Shown here in pieces: positions 50,705 through 60,770 of a stretch of DNA of 64,000 nt (within the stretch, counting starts at the first letter, position 1; each line of letters begins with the position of its first letter). The notes beneath the pieces were generated by a model. The model did no database searches. It saw nothing but the letters and a program-made list of their open reading frames with translations, and was not told where the DNA came from. The stretch lies in the IMG/VR virus record IMGVR_UViG_3300032322_002561, positions 124,001 through 188,000 of that record. One strand, 5' to 3'. A program made the position numbers and the translations under genes.

Positions 50705-52735
50705 ATGTCATATATCATTAATAACAGTCGGGGTCAGGTTGTAGCTGTCGTTGCAGACGGCACTATCAATACTTCTGCCACCAGTTTGGCACTTGTGGGA
50801 CGTGCTGTCAGCGGTTATGGCACCAGTGAAAATGAAAATTACTTGTTTTTGTTGGAGAATTTTGCCAATTCCACCGAGCCCAACAACCCAATTCTAGGAC
50901 AACTATGGTACAATTCCAGTACCGATATTCTAAGCGTGTATGCCAGTGATAACAACTGGGCGGCTTTGGCCAGTGAACAGTACGTGGAAGATTCCAAAAT
51001 TTCGCCAATATTTACAGGCATACCCGAAGCACCCACAGCGGCCCCTGGCACTGCTACAACACAGATTGCAACCACGGCTTTTGTGACCTCAAGTCCGCAA
51101 TTTTTGGGAGTGCCACGAGCACCCACTGCCGTGGCCGGTACTGCTAACACACAAATAGCCACCACAGCCTTTGTCACAAACAGCCCACAACTGGCAGGCA
51201 CACCCACAGCACCCACAGCGGTTCCCGGAACCAATACCGCACAGATAGCCACCACAGCGTTTGTGACATCGGGTCCAGATTTTGCTGGCTCGCCCACAGC
51301 ACCCACACTGCCCACGGTAACCAACAGCACGCAGTTGGCCACTACAGCATTTGTGCAGAACAACAAAGTGAGTCCGGCCTTGTCGGGCACACCCACAGCA
51401 CCCACCGCCTCAGCAGGTACAAATACCACACAGATAGCCACCACGGCCTTTGTGCAAGGTGAAAAAGTCAGTCCAGCCTTTTCTGGCACACCCACAGCAC
51501 CCACAGCGGCTCCTGGAACCAATACCACACAGATAGCCACCACAGCTTTTGTGCAAGATGTGGCAGGAAACTTGGGCACCATGAGCACTCAGAATGCCAG
51601 TTCGGTCAACATCACTGGAGGCACCATTTCTGGCATCACACCTTTGCCTGTGTCGTCGGGCGGTACCGGTGCAAGTAACCCGGCTGGTGCACGAAGCAAC
51701 CTGGATCTTGGTACCATATCACAACAAAATGCCAACGCGGTGTCCATTTCAGGCGGGGAAATTACAGGTATTGTGGATCTATCTGTGGCCGATGGTGGAA
51801 CTGGTGCCAGCACAGCCGCTGGCGCACGTACCAATCTTGGGGTTGGAACGTTAGGCACACAAAATTTCAACAATGTAAACATCACTGGCGGAACAATTAC
51901 AGGTATTTCGCCCTTGCCGTTATCTGCAGGCGGCACAGGCGCACCCAATGCCGCACAGGCCAGAACCAATCTTGGACTGGGCGACTTGGCCACCCAATCT
52001 GCCAATAATGTATCAATTTCTGGTGGAGTCATAGAAGGAGTAAATTTACAAAATCTTGCTGGTCCTTTAGACATCATCTGCGGCGGTACAGGTGCAATCA
52101 ACGTGGTGCAGGCTCGCCTTAATTTAGGTCTTGATTCAATGTCCTTGCAGGCCAGCAACGCCGTCAACATCACCGGTGGTAACATCAGCGGTATCAATCC
52201 CTTGCCCATTTTGTCAGGTGGCACTGGAGCTTCAACAGTGGTGCAAGCACGTACTAATCTAGGTCTTGGCAGCATGGCCTTGCAAAACAGTAGCAACGTC
52301 AGCATTGGTGGCGGATTTATCAACACCTTGAGTGCGCCTTTGAACATTGCAGATGGTGGTACTGGAGCCACCACAGCTGAGCAGGCTAGAAACAATCTTG
52401 GACTAGGTACAGGCGCCACCGCCAATATTGGTACCATGGCTGGTCAAAATCAAAATGCAGTAACAATAACCGGCGGAACCATTGCTGGCATCACAGATCT
52501 TGCTGTGGCCGATGGCGGCACAGGTGCTTCTAGTGCTTCACAAGCAAGAATCAATTTGGGAGTACCGTCAACTGGTATTACAATATCGGCTGGCGCAGGT
52601 TTGTCGGGCGGTGGAGACCTAAGTGCCAACCGCACCTTAAGCATTGCATCAAACAGCAACGGATTTGGTGTTAGATACATTTCACCAGCATCGCCCACGG
52701 GTGGTAACAACGGCGATATCTGGTATCAGATTTAA
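50705..52735 (+). CDS. tail fibre protein
   Basis: N-terminal ENFA...P..GQLWY; about 7 PTAPTA..GTNTTQIATTAFV repeats; about 7 GGTGA...ARxNLGLG repeats; GDIWY end. Confidence 0.85.
   Translation: MSYIINNSRGQVVAVVADGTINTSATSLALVGRAVSGYGTSENENYLFLLENFANSTEPNNPILGQLWYNSSTDILSVYASDNNWAALASEQYVEDSKISPIFTGIPEAPTAAPGTATTQIATTAFVTSSPQFLGVPRAPTAVAGTANTQIATTAFVTNSPQLAGTPTAPTAVPGTNTAQIATTAFVTSGPDFAGSPTAPTLPTVTNSTQLATTAFVQNNKVSPALSGTPTAPTASAGTNTTQIATTAFVQGEKVSPAFSGTPTAPTAAPGTNTTQIATTAFVQDVAGNLGTMSTQNASSVNITGGTISGITPLPVSSGGTGASNPAGARSNLDLGTISQQNANAVSISGGEITGIVDLSVADGGTGASTAAGARTNLGVGTLGTQNFNNVNITGGTITGISPLPLSAGGTGAPNAAQARTNLGLGDLATQSANNVSISGGVIEGVNLQNLAGPLDIICGGTGAINVVQARLNLGLDSMSLQASNAVNITGGNISGINPLPILSGGTGASTVVQARTNLGLGSMALQNSSNVSIGGGFINTLSAPLNIADGGTGATTAEQARNNLGLGTGATANIGTMAGQNQNAVTITGGTIAGITDLAVADGGTGASSASQARINLGVPSTGITISAGAGLSGGGDLSANRTLSIASNSNGFGVRYISPASPTGGNNGDIWYQI
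51010..51560 (+). repeat. coding tandem repeats (about 90-100 bp unit) in tail fibre
   Basis: Recurrent gcacccacagc and acagatagccaccacagc. Confidence 0.8.
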
Positions 52736-52744
52736 AGACACTAG

Positions 52745-54091
52745 ATGGCACAGACAATTATCAGAGCTCTAGGATATGTAGGAGCTAGACAAGTTTTTAC
52801 TTGGCCTAGCAGTGCCAGTTTCAACAATTCAATCACAGCCTATCTGTGGGGTGGAGGTGGGGGTGGTGGCGGTTATGATGCTGGCAATTCGGGTGGTTCA
52901 GGCAGCGGTGGTGGTTACAGCCAAGTTACATTTAGTGCCAGCCCTGGCGATGTAATAGAAGTCAGCGTGGGTGGCCCAGGCACGGGTGGTGCCAGCAGTA
53001 GAAGCGGAGCTCCTGGCGGTAGTCCTGGCTTGAGCCTGGTCTTAGCAGGCACTGTGTTTACCACTCTAGACATAGCTGGAGTATTTAGAGTCACCAACGG
53101 AGCATATTGCACGTTCTTGAACAATTTTGGAGTCTGGAACGAGCCCGGTGGCGGCAGTGCCAGTTTTGGTCGCGACATTACTGTAAACTTCCCCAGTTCA
53201 GGTTTTTACACATTTGAGTTTTCAGTAGACAATGCAGGTCAAGTTTATCTCGACGGCGCTACAATTTTCAATCTCCAGGGCGAGTACAATTATGGTAACT
53301 CTGTTACTACAAGAGTGTTTGTTGCTGCCGGTAATCGCTTGTTGCAACTGCGTGGACAAAATTTTCATGGACCGGGCAGTTTTGGCCTGACCATTGCGGG
53401 CGGATTGGCCTTCAGTGGCGGTCGTGGAGGCAATGCGGGTGGTTCGGGCAGTTCTGGCGGAGGTGGCGGAGGTGGCGGTGCCACAGTGTTGAGGAAAAAT
53501 GGCACAGTGTTGGCCGTGGCCGGCGGTGGAGGTGGTGGAGGTGGTGCAGGTATCACATCGGGCACTGAGCCTGGAAACGCACCTGGACCATCAGGACAAA
53601 CCACACCCGGTATTTCAAACGGCAGTGATGGTGGCGACCGCGGTGGTGATGGCGGAGGTGGCGGAGGTGGCGGAGGTGGCAATGCCGGCGGTAACGGCGG
53701 ACCACAGGCTCCCTATGATACCTGGGGCTATGCGGGTTTTTATGGTGGTAATTTAGGAAACCGCAGCGCCAATCCACAAGGAACCACTGCTGGTTTCACA
53801 ACCAGTCCATATTATCCTGGCGGCGTTGGTAGAGGTGGCGGTCCCACAGCATCTGGGACTCCTGGCTATGCAGTGTTAGAATTTGAAATAACCGGAAGTT
53901 TTGTTAGGAATGGTGGAATATGGAATCCAATACAACAAACCTGGGTCAAACAAGATGACATATGGCAACCCGTGCAAGGAGTCTATGTCAAGTCAGGTGG
54001 GGAATGGCAACCTGTGGACGGCACCTTGGCTCCAAATTTCTCAGTGACAGGTGGTTCTTTTGGATACAGTTCTAGACCACAGGGTGGTTAG
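52745..54091 (+). CDS. glycine-rich tail fibre tip/receptor-binding protein with PA14-like insert
   Basis: WGGGGGGG poly-Gly tracts; [17 protein letters not shown]; C-terminal VKxGGxWxP repeats. Confidence 0.7.
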   Translation: MAQTIIRALGYVGARQVFTWPSSASFNNSITAYLWGGGGGGGGYDAGNSGGSGSGGGYSQVTFSASPGDVIEVSVGGPGTGGASSRSGAPGGSPGLSLVLAGTVFTTLDIAGVFRVTNGAYCTFLNNFGVWNEPGGGSASFGRDITVNFPSSGFYTFEFSVDNAGQVYLDGATIFNLQGEYNYGNSVTTRVFVAAGNRLLQLRGQNFHGPGSFGLTIAGGLAFSGGRGGNAGGSGSSGGGGGGGGATVLRKNGTVLAVAGGGGGGGGAGITSGTEPGNAPGPSGQTTPGISNGSDGGDRGGDGGGGGGGGGGNAGGNGGPQAPYDTWGYAGFYGGNLGNRSANPQGTTAGFTTSPYYPGGVGRGGGPTASGTPGYAVLEFEITGSFVRNGGIWNPIQQTWVKQDDIWQPVQGVYVKSGGEWQPVDGTLAPNFSVTGGSFGYSSRPQGG

Positions 54092-54411
54092 ACACTGAAA
54101 CTGCTTCCGCATCCGCATGTGGTTGTGGCTTGAGGATTTTTTATACTGAAAGCGGCACCGTATTGATCTTCTTTATAATCAATTTCAGCACCTTGCAAAT
54201 ACTGGCTGCTCATGCCGTCAACTAGGACATTTACTCCGCCTACGTCTAGATCAAAGTCGTCTTCGTTAGTGATTTCGTCTAGAGTAAAGCCATACTGAAA
54301 TCCTGAGCAACCACCACCTTGTACAAACACACGCAATTTCAAAGCAGGATTTTGTTCTTCGGCCAAGATGTCTCGCAGTTTGGCCACTGCTGATTCACTT
54401 ACTGTTATCAT
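54088..54411 (-). CDS. erpA: Fe-S cluster insertion protein ErpA/IscA
   Basis: [24 protein letters not shown]. Confidence 0.93.
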   Translation of the reverse strand: MITVSESAVAKLRDILAEEQNPALKLRVFVQGGGCSGFQYGFTLDEITNEDDFDLDVGGVNVLVDGMSSQYLQGAEIDYKEDQYGAAFSIKNPQATTTCGCGSSFSV

Positions 54412-54962
54412 AATCTTTCGTTGCAAACATTCCAGTCAATAATTTTCCAGATGTTATCGAGATATTTTTCTTTGTCTGATTGATAATCCAGGGCCCAGGC
54501 ATGTTCCCACCAGTCCACTAACACACATATATCTGTTCTTACCGCATGGTTGGCTATGGTTTTGATGGTACCAGCAGTGCTCAAGTAAACCCACCCAGAA
54601 CCTTGGATCTTCATTGCTTCTGTTTTAAACGCTTCCTTGAAATCTTCCCAGGTTTTGAAGTTGCTTTCAATGAGTTCTAGCACAGCACCTCGAGGACGAT
54701 TGGCACCTCGCGGTGGTTGCAGTTGTGGAAAAAACTTGTTGTGTAAAAAACTGCCAGCACGATTGAAGTTTGCGTTGCCTTCGCCAGCATTGTATCTTTT
54801 TGCATAGCCCCGAGCCAGGTGTTCATAGTGATAGTCTATGGTTTCCTTGCTCATCACAGGATGCAAGTCACCAGGACCATAGGGCAAGGGCGTGGTTTCC
54901 AACTTGGCTGGACGTGTGCTGGCTTCTAATAGTTCTAGATCTTTGCGGATGTCGTGTTGCAT
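54408..54962 (-). CDS. Fe/Mn superoxide dismutase with N-terminal extension
   Basis: PLPY..L.P.MS.ET..YH, GSGW, DWWEHAW.LDY. Confidence 0.9.
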   Translation of the reverse strand: MQHDIRKDLELLEASTRPAKLETTPLPYGPGDLHPVMSKETIDYHYEHLARGYAKRYNAGEGNANFNRAGSFLHNKFFPQLQPPRGANRPRGAVLELIESNFKTWEDFKEAFKTEAMKIQGSGWVYLSTAGTIKTIANHAVRTDICVLVDWWEHAWALDYQSDKEKYLDNIWKIIDWNVCNERL

Positions 54963-54970
54963 CTTGATAT

Positions 54971-55189
54971 TTACCTACGGCGTGTGACCCTGCCACGGGT
55001 GAGATCATATGGACTGAATTCTATTTCAACGCGATCTCCCAGGAGTATTTTGATGTTGTGCTGTCGCATCTTGCCAGAAATCACACCAGTTACCAAGGTA
55101 TCACTCACATCTAATTTGATTCTAAACATGGCATTGGGCAAAACATCTACCACAGTGCCTTCCATTTTGAAACCTTCTTCTTTGGCCAT
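54971..55189 (-). CDS. infA: translation initiation factor IF-1
   Basis: MAKEE...LPNAMFR...[22 protein letters not shown]. Confidence 0.97.
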   Translation of the reverse strand: MAKEEGFKMEGTVVDVLPNAMFRIKLDVSDTLVTGVISGKMRQHNIKILLGDRVEIEFSPYDLTRGRVTRRR

Positions 55190-55192
55190 GTG

Positions 55193-56173
55193 CTAGTTCA
55201 ACCAGTCGCCAATGATCTGCATGGTGGTAACATTTGTGGTATCAAACAACACGGATTTTTTGTTGTTGCTGTAGAAGCAGGTAAAGTTGTTGTCCACCCA
55301 GGGCATCAAGAGTTCTAGATTGACCGGATCTTTGACATCAAACAACCACAAATACAAGTCGGTTCGTTTGACCGGGCTGTCGCTTTTTCTATAGGCGCCC
55401 ACCAAGCGTCCGTAGTTCCACTCCCACTCACCAGTTTTTTCTGTCACAACATTGCAATGAAACAGTTCACTGGGCTGTATCAGTTTGGCCACGTCTTCGG
55501 TGCAGTGAACTTCAAGGCTGATTTTTCCGTAGTTTTTGATATTCTTTTGCCAGAAATTATGCACAGTTACACCAGCATTGATGTGTGGCAAGGCCTGATC
55601 TTGTTTGTCGTAAATGGTGTGTCTGATCACACTGCGACAAAATTTTGGCAGGCTTTGTTCACGTTCTTCCAGACTGATTTCATAGTCAAGATTAGTGAGA
55701 TGAAACATGGCGTCAAATTCTTGTGTGCTGGAAATACGTTGACACGAATGCAACAAAGGCATGCTGTGTCCCTTGGGTACCAACAACACCAGACTACCAA
55801 GAGCCAGACCACTGCAGGCAAGAGCCGCAAATCTGGTTGCACCTGCACCAAGCTCAAGTTCACCTGCCGAGTTCAAGGTAGCAAACAAAGGCAACAGAAA
55901 CTCTTCGTGTTGGCGTGTCTGACAGAGATGTTGAACAAAACCCAGATGTTTGTAGTCGGTATTCATGTAGGCCTGTTTTATGGCCTGGATTGTTTGATTG
56001 CGCCAGCGCAGATTCAAGTCATGATCAAGATGCCGACACACATAGAGATCACCCAGTGTCAGACAGTATTCAACCCAACCAAACTGTGCGCCATCAACTT
56101 CGGTGCTGAGAGTCTTGCCTTCTTGACTGTCAGAACGATAGCTGATTTTGGTTTTTATGCTAGTATTATTCAT
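55193..56173 (-). CDS. hypothetical protein
   Basis: 326-aa ORF in operon order. Confidence 0.65.
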   Translation of the reverse strand: MNNTSIKTKISYRSDSQEGKTLSTEVDGAQFGWVEYCLTLGDLYVCRHLDHDLNLRWRNQTIQAIKQAYMNTDYKHLGFVQHLCQTRQHEEFLLPLFATLNSAGELELGAGATRFAALACSGLALGSLVLLVPKGHSMPLLHSCQRISSTQEFDAMFHLTNLDYEISLEEREQSLPKFCRSVIRHTIYDKQDQALPHINAGVTVHNFWQKNIKNYGKISLEVHCTEDVAKLIQPSELFHCNVVTEKTGEWEWNYGRLVGAYRKSDSPVKRTDLYLWLFDVKDPVNLELLMPWVDNNFTCFYSNNKKSVLFDTTNVTTMQIIGDWLN

Positions 56174-56177
56174 GTTG

Positions 56178-56705
56178 TTATTTAATCAGTCTCCAGCCTA
56201 GGTCTGCAACAGTTTGCCATAGCAGGGTGTCATTTTTAACATCTACAGGTTCAAGCCCAGTTAAATCCTGTTTGAGCACACAGTCACAGTTTATGTAAAA
56301 CTCTTCCGTGGTGCGTTGGCGCACAATATTGGTCAAACCCATGGGCCTGGTATGCAAACACATTTGCCAACTCAAGCCCACCACTAACCAATGCTGTATA
56401 TTCCAGACCTTGTTGTATTCAAAAAAACGCACAGGATCAGTCACATCAGCAATCAAGCACTGGCGTGCCACCAAGTGGTCACGCAGAACCGGACTGAGTG
56501 GGCCAAAATCATACATGGCACTACCATAGCATGCGCTTACAGCTATGTCAAACTTGAATTTTTCCAGCACCGGCAACATGTTACGACAGAATCTATCTAG
56601 ATGGGGATTGTAATCATTTGAGGGCCAACAGTCAATCATGATTAGTCCGCGTATGTCAGGACAGGGTTCTTGATATTGTTGTAGTAGACTGGGAAGTGTA
56701 AGCAT
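56178..56705 (-). CDS. isochorismatase-family cysteine hydrolase-like protein
   Basis: IMIDCW (catalytic Asp-like) and VVGLSWQMCL (Cys-nucleophile-like). Confidence 0.5.
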   Translation of the reverse strand: MLTLPSLLQQYQEPCPDIRGLIMIDCWPSNDYNPHLDRFCRNMLPVLEKFKFDIAVSACYGSAMYDFGPLSPVLRDHLVARQCLIADVTDPVRFFEYNKVWNIQHWLVVGLSWQMCLHTRPMGLTNIVRQRTTEEFYINCDCVLKQDLTGLEPVDVKNDTLLWQTVADLGWRLIK

Positions 56706-57103
56706 TAGCGACGCATTTTACTTATATCGCGAGCCTCATCATCGGTAAAAATTGGCACAGCATTGGACTTGTGCATGGTACCAATGCCCTTGATCTTGGT
56801 GCCTGTATAGGCTTGATCGGTGTGTTTTACACAGGCCACCCAGCCGGTGTCGCGACTCTCAATGTGCGGAGTTTCACGACCTGGAGGAGGTGTCAGTTTA
56901 ACTGAAAGTGTACCCCGGGGCTTGGGCGGTGGTGCCGGGGTACGGCTGAATCGTGGCGCCATCTTTTTGAAGTTGCCCAGGCGTTGTTCCCATTCTTCTT
57001 GTAACAGTTCTGCACGTCGTTTGGCTTCAGCACTGGCCCATTTGCGTGGCCCACGCTTCTTACCAGTGGTGCTTAACCAGGGACCTTCAAGATGCATAGT
57101 CAT
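56705..57103 (-). CDS. conserved basic phage protein
   Basis: C-terminal YTG...GIGTMHKSNAVP; own promoter and SD. Confidence 0.75.
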   Translation of the reverse strand: MTMHLEGPWLSTTGKKRGPRKWASAEAKRRAELLQEEWEQRLGNFKKMAPRFSRTPAPPPKPRGTLSVKLTPPPGRETPHIESRDTGWVACVKHTDQAYTGTKIKGIGTMHKSNAVPIFTDDEARDISKMRR

Positions 57104-57164
57104 AAAAAGACTCCTATTTCACTATACTAGTATTATAACACGATAGGAGTTTTTGGTCAACCGT

Positions 57165-57479
57165 TTATTTGAACAGGATCATGGCCATGATAACCGCCTG
57201 GGTTATAAAGCCCAAGCCAATGGTTATGATGTTCAGCATGTCACGCTGGACTACTGCACGGAAGAACAACAAGATCAGGCCGGCCCACATGAACAACACA
57301 ATGTCTAGATTTGGAACAGTGTCCGAAAGTCCTGTGAGCAAGGCCAGTAGTGTGGGTATGGTGGCACAGTGTATGACCACTACTGCCAACCAGCCCAGAG
57401 TTTCAGCACTTACTTTGGGCAAGTGTTGTTCTAACCAGGTTCTTGAAGAATTCAACCAAGCGTCTAATTTGATTATCAT
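57165..57479 (-). CDS. membrane protein
   Basis: Three hydrophobic helices. Confidence 0.7.
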   Translation of the reverse strand: MIIKLDAWLNSSRTWLEQHLPKVSAETLGWLAVVVIHCATIPTLLALLTGLSDTVPNLDIVLFMWAGLILLFFRAVVQRDMLNIITIGLGFITQAVIMAMILFK

Positions 57480-57481
57480 GT

Positions 57482-58042
57482 TTAGATTTTTTCCGCATAA
57501 AAAATGTGTCTCCCAAATTTACCTACCACGGGTTTGCCCCATTGTGGTTTCACATAGTCTGCATGAAAATAAAGTGCGTTTTTCATGCTGGGCAGTCTGA
57601 AACCTTCTAGTAGGACCTTTTTCGCTACTTCTTCTGCTTCTTTCCAGTGTGCTGGATATATGGGTCGGATCTTGCTGGATCCATCACAGAACCAGGAAAA
57701 CTGACATACTACCTTGTCATACACAATGTTCTTTTGATAAACCACACCGCAGATGTCTCGGGCAAAACGTCCCGACTCCACACGGTTGATGGTGACCTGT
57801 GCCACAGCGACCTTGCCTTCAAAGGGCTCGGTTGCGGCTTCCCAGTAGATGTTGCGTGTCAAGCAATCCAACTGCTTGGCTCGATCAGCGGCACTGACAA
57901 AGCCTTGACGTGCCGCTTCGTTGGTGGCACGCAGAGTTTCTAATTTTGTGTCGGTGACAAACAGCACTGCCACGACCACGGCCATGAAACTGATGGCCTT
58001 TACTACTATACTGCCTAGATTGGACTTTGAAGTTGCCTTCAT
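57482..58042 (-). CDS. SleB/Hydrolase_2 cell wall hydrolase with N-terminal membrane anchor
   Basis: CLTRNIYWEA, VAQVTINRV, CQFSW, ALYFHADYV.P.W, HIFY. Confidence 0.9.
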   Translation of the reverse strand: MKATSKSNLGSIVVKAISFMAVVVAVLFVTDTKLETLRATNEAARQGFVSAADRAKQLDCLTRNIYWEAATEPFEGKVAVAQVTINRVESGRFARDICGVVYQKNIVYDKVVCQFSWFCDGSSKIRPIYPAHWKEAEEVAKKVLLEGFRLPSMKNALYFHADYVKPQWGKPVVGKFGRHIFYAEKI

Positions 58043-58321
58043 AGTTTTCTCCCGTCAGCTTAGTGAGCTGTTCACCGGAGTGCCCAGGATGGGCGCATTG
58101 ACAAAGATTTGGGCAAAAGAAAAGACCTCGGGCCTCCTTTGGCATACTCTCCGAGCGCGGCTTTGTTTCTCACCGGGCCTGTACCATTTGTCAATGAAGA
58201 GGATTTCCGAAGTCCTCTTTGATCAGCTTTGCGGCACTGACCGATCCGTTGTGGAGTAGAAGTTGGGTGTAATCCTCCGCTGATCGATTCTACGACAGCC
58301 TGAACTGGTGTTCTACTCCAT
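58043..58321 (-). ncRNA. about 280-nt structured 5' leader RNA of the cell wall hydrolase
   Basis: 10-bp stems 58311-58320/58252-58261 and 58187-58196/58096-58105; hairpin 58197-58219; SD-pairing stem 58049-58080. Confidence 0.6.
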
Positions 58322-58422
58322 AAAATACTTAGTAACTGATCAATATCAGAAACAAATAAAGTCATTTTTTTAACACTTTTTACCATAATATACACATATT
58401 ATAGCACGACTAAGTTTTAAAG

Positions 58423-58749
58423 TCAATCTCGTTCAATTAGATGTCTTTTTTGCTCGATCTTACTCCAATGATCAGCATCAGGCAAAGCATCAACTCGTTT
58501 GGTCATAGACGGCCATAATTGAGCTAACTCTGCATTGAGCGCAATAAATTCTTGTTGATCTCCAGGAACATCATCTTCGGCATAAATCGCATTTACTGGA
58601 CATTCTGGTACGCAAACAGCACAATCGATACACTCGTTGGGATCAATTACAAGAAAATTTGGCCCTGCTCGAAAACAATCTACTGGACACACATCTACAC
58701 AATCAGTGTAACGGCATTTGACACAGGCTTCGGTTACAACAAAAGTCAT
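58423..58749 (-). CDS. fdxA: 7Fe ferredoxin FdxA
   Basis: [31 protein letters not shown]. Confidence 0.93.
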   Translation of the reverse strand: MTFVVTEACVKCRYTDCVDVCPVDCFRAGPNFLVIDPNECIDCAVCVPECPVNAIYAEDDVPGDQQEFIALNAELAQLWPSMTKRVDALPDADHWSKIEQKRHLIERD

Positions 58750-58750
58750 A

Positions 58751-59512
58751 TTACTCCTCGAATTTACAAACTGGGATTGGCGTCATTTTGTGCATGTTTT
58801 GGGCACGCAGTTCTCGATAACGTTTTAATTTTTTCCTGTCTTGTGGCGCGGCTCCAAATCCCGCCGCATCCAACTGCATCATGGTTTCCAGTTCAGGATA
58901 GGTCATGCCCAACTGATCTTCATCGGTGCGTCCATCAGCCCAGAGTCCGTCTGTGGGTGCGGCATCAATGATTTCCGGCATGATGCCAAGCTCGCGACCC
59001 ATGGACCATACGTCGGTCTTCATGCAGTCGCCAATGGGGCTGATGTCCACACCACCATCGCCATACTTGGTAAAAAAGCCCACACCAAAATCCTCGACCC
59101 GGTTACCGGTGCCAACAACAATGCCACTATTGCACTGTGCAATTTGATACAAGGTCATCATGCGTAATCGACTACGGCTGTTGGCAAAGGCCAACTCGTT
59201 GTCAAACACTGTGCCCATGGCTCGTTCAAATTGTTTAAAAGTAGGTGTAAGATCCAAGGTGTAGTTTTCAGCATTGGGATATTGTGTGGTCAACCAGTAA
59301 GCATGCCCTACGCTGAGTTCATGAGTGTGTTTGCTCTGTTTTATGGGCATGCACACAGCCATGGTAGGGATACCGGTGCGAGCACACAAGGTGGATACCA
59401 CAGCTGAGTCAATGCCGCCCGATACTCCCACCACAAGAGTTTTGATCTTGTTTTTGGTGGCGTAGCTTTTGATCCACTTTGTAATATAATTAATTCTTTG
59501 TTTGGGCGTCAT
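58751..59512 (-). CDS. nadE: NH3-dependent NAD+ synthetase
   Basis: [39 protein letters not shown]. Confidence 0.95.
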   Translation of the reverse strand: MTPKQRINYITKWIKSYATKNKIKTLVVGVSGGIDSAVVSTLCARTGIPTMAVCMPIKQSKHTHELSVGHAYWLTTQYPNAENYTLDLTPTFKQFERAMGTVFDNELAFANSRSRLRMMTLYQIAQCNSGIVVGTGNRVEDFGVGFFTKYGDGGVDISPIGDCMKTDVWSMGRELGIMPEIIDAAPTDGLWADGRTDEDQLGMTYPELETMMQLDAAGFGAAPQDRKKLKRYRELRAQNMHKMTPIPVCKFEE

Positions 59513-60042
59513 TCTATTTCTGGAGCGGGCATGGCTTTGATACGATCCCAAGTGGCCTGTTTATCCTTAATATGCTGTTCTAGCTTGCGATATTGTTCAC
59601 CCAGCTCACGCAGGTCCTCCCACTCCTTTTCCAATTCTGGATTGGGTTGGAACAGGCTCAAGCGTTCTTCGATCCTTTTGACCGCTGCTACCAGACTCCA
59701 GCCATTGACTTCTACATCAGCGCCTTCACCGTTGAGTTGGATTCGGCCGCTGGTAGGACTTTGTGTGAACCAAGGTGTTGCGTTGGTTCCAGTGGAGTAA
59801 ATGGTGTTGGACAACGAAAGATTACCAAAGGTAACCGAAGGTGAAATACTGGCTCCAATAGCACCAGTCACAGTGTATGGACTGGTCAGGCTCATGTTGT
59901 CCAAAGCCGAGGTAATGGTTATGGTATCATTTGCAATGTCACTGGCAGTGGGAGTGCTCTCGTACAAGGCAAAGTTGTTGTTTAGGTCCCACTCCTTGAC
60001 AATTTCCTCCAAGCGAGTGGGTGCAGATATTTTGGGTTCCAT
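59509..60042 (-). CDS. hypothetical protein
   Basis: ORF overlapping both neighbours. Confidence 0.7.
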   Translation of the reverse strand: MEPKISAPTRLEEIVKEWDLNNNFALYESTPTASDIANDTITITSALDNMSLTSPYTVTGAIGASISPSVTFGNLSLSNTIYSTGTNATPWFTQSPTSGRIQLNGEGADVEVNGWSLVAAVKRIEERLSLFQPNPELEKEWEDLRELGEQYRKLEQHIKDKQATWDRIKAMPAPEIE

Positions 60043-60227
60043 TACTTGGCGCTCAAGGCTTCTTTTTCTGCTGTGATTTCTTTGCGTCGCTCTTTGATGG
60101 CTTTGGACATTTCTTGCAGGGCTTTTCTAGCGCGAGCAGCAGATGCTTTAACGCCTTTGCCTGTGAACTTGTCATTTTCGGCGATGTAGGTTTCGAATGC
60201 GGTTTTGATTGCTTCATGATTGGTCAT
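60042..60227 (-). CDS. histone H1-like/Hc1-type small basic protein
   Basis: KF..KGVKASAARARKAL.E....KE.RK. Confidence 0.65.
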   Translation of the reverse strand: MTNHEAIKTAFETYIAENDKFTGKGVKASAARARKALQEMSKAIKERRKEITAEKEALSAK

Positions 60228-60289
60228 TTTTGTTCCTTGATTAAATGTGCAGAATGCACTTTGTAATTATACGGCAAAAGTGCAGGGTG

Positions 60290-60553
60290 TCAAATATTAA
60301 TATGCCGTTTTAGCCAAGGATCCCAAACTGCCAGATTGTCCCAACCATGAGTCCAGGTCACAATAAACAAACTTAAAGTATTGTGATCAAATATGTGCAT
60401 GCGGTTGTCCTCCACTCTTGCAGATATAGATTTGCTGGTTTGGGTCCATCGGATCAGGCGATCACGGGCTGAGCTGTCTCGGTAAATCACTGTGAAAAGA
60501 GGTTGTTCGCTTCTGTAAGTTGATAAGGTCATGCTAGTGTATGGTTTGATCAC
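60290..60553 (-). CDS. hypothetical protein
   Basis: ORF in operon. Confidence 0.6.
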   Translation of the reverse strand: MIKPYTSMTLSTYRSEQPLFTVIYRDSSARDRLIRWTQTSKSISARVEDNRMHIFDHNTLSLFIVTWTHGWDNLAVWDPWLKRHINI

Positions 60554-60770
60554 TGCTCCTTGGTTCAGTGATCTCGTTTACATACTTAGCAAACTTGTCG
60601 TCCAAAATGACCATTTCATCGTCGTGCTCGGCAGCACGGTCGGGGTCTACACCCATGACACGCATGAGACCGCCCACGTGTACTTCGGTGATGCCATGAT
60701 GATACAACACCATCATGAGCTCGTACATGAGCACACGAACTTCTTGTTCCAATTTTGGATCGTCTAGCAT
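60534..60770 (-). CDS. hypothetical protein
   Basis: TAAATT 5 nt upstream of ATG. Confidence 0.7.
   Translation of the reverse strand: MLDDPKLEQEVRVLMYELMMVLYHHGITEVHVGGLMRVMGVDPDRAAEHDDEMVILDDKFAKYVNEITEPRSSDQTIH

Noticed and set aside
51010-51560. Direct repeats resembling a CRISPR array or DGR template/variable repeat
   Set aside because: In-frame protein repeats with synonymous variation; no unique spacers, no adenine-specific pattern, no RT or cas gene in the window
50839-52710. Long antisense ORFs (249, 282 and 86 aa) opposite the tail fibre; similar ones at 47828-50533
   Set aside because: Shadow frames caused by Gly/Thr/Ala/Asn codon bias of the real gene; no RBS or promoter
55457-56185. 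242-aa plus-strand ORF, and similar ones at 16209-16937 and 10539-11078
   Set aside because: Antisense to longer minus-strand genes that fit the operon; no motifs
58072-58395. 107-aa ORF over the structured leader as a protein-coding gene
   Set aside because: No SD, annotated GTG abuts the -10 box, no recognisable motifs; kept only as a possible regulatory uORF
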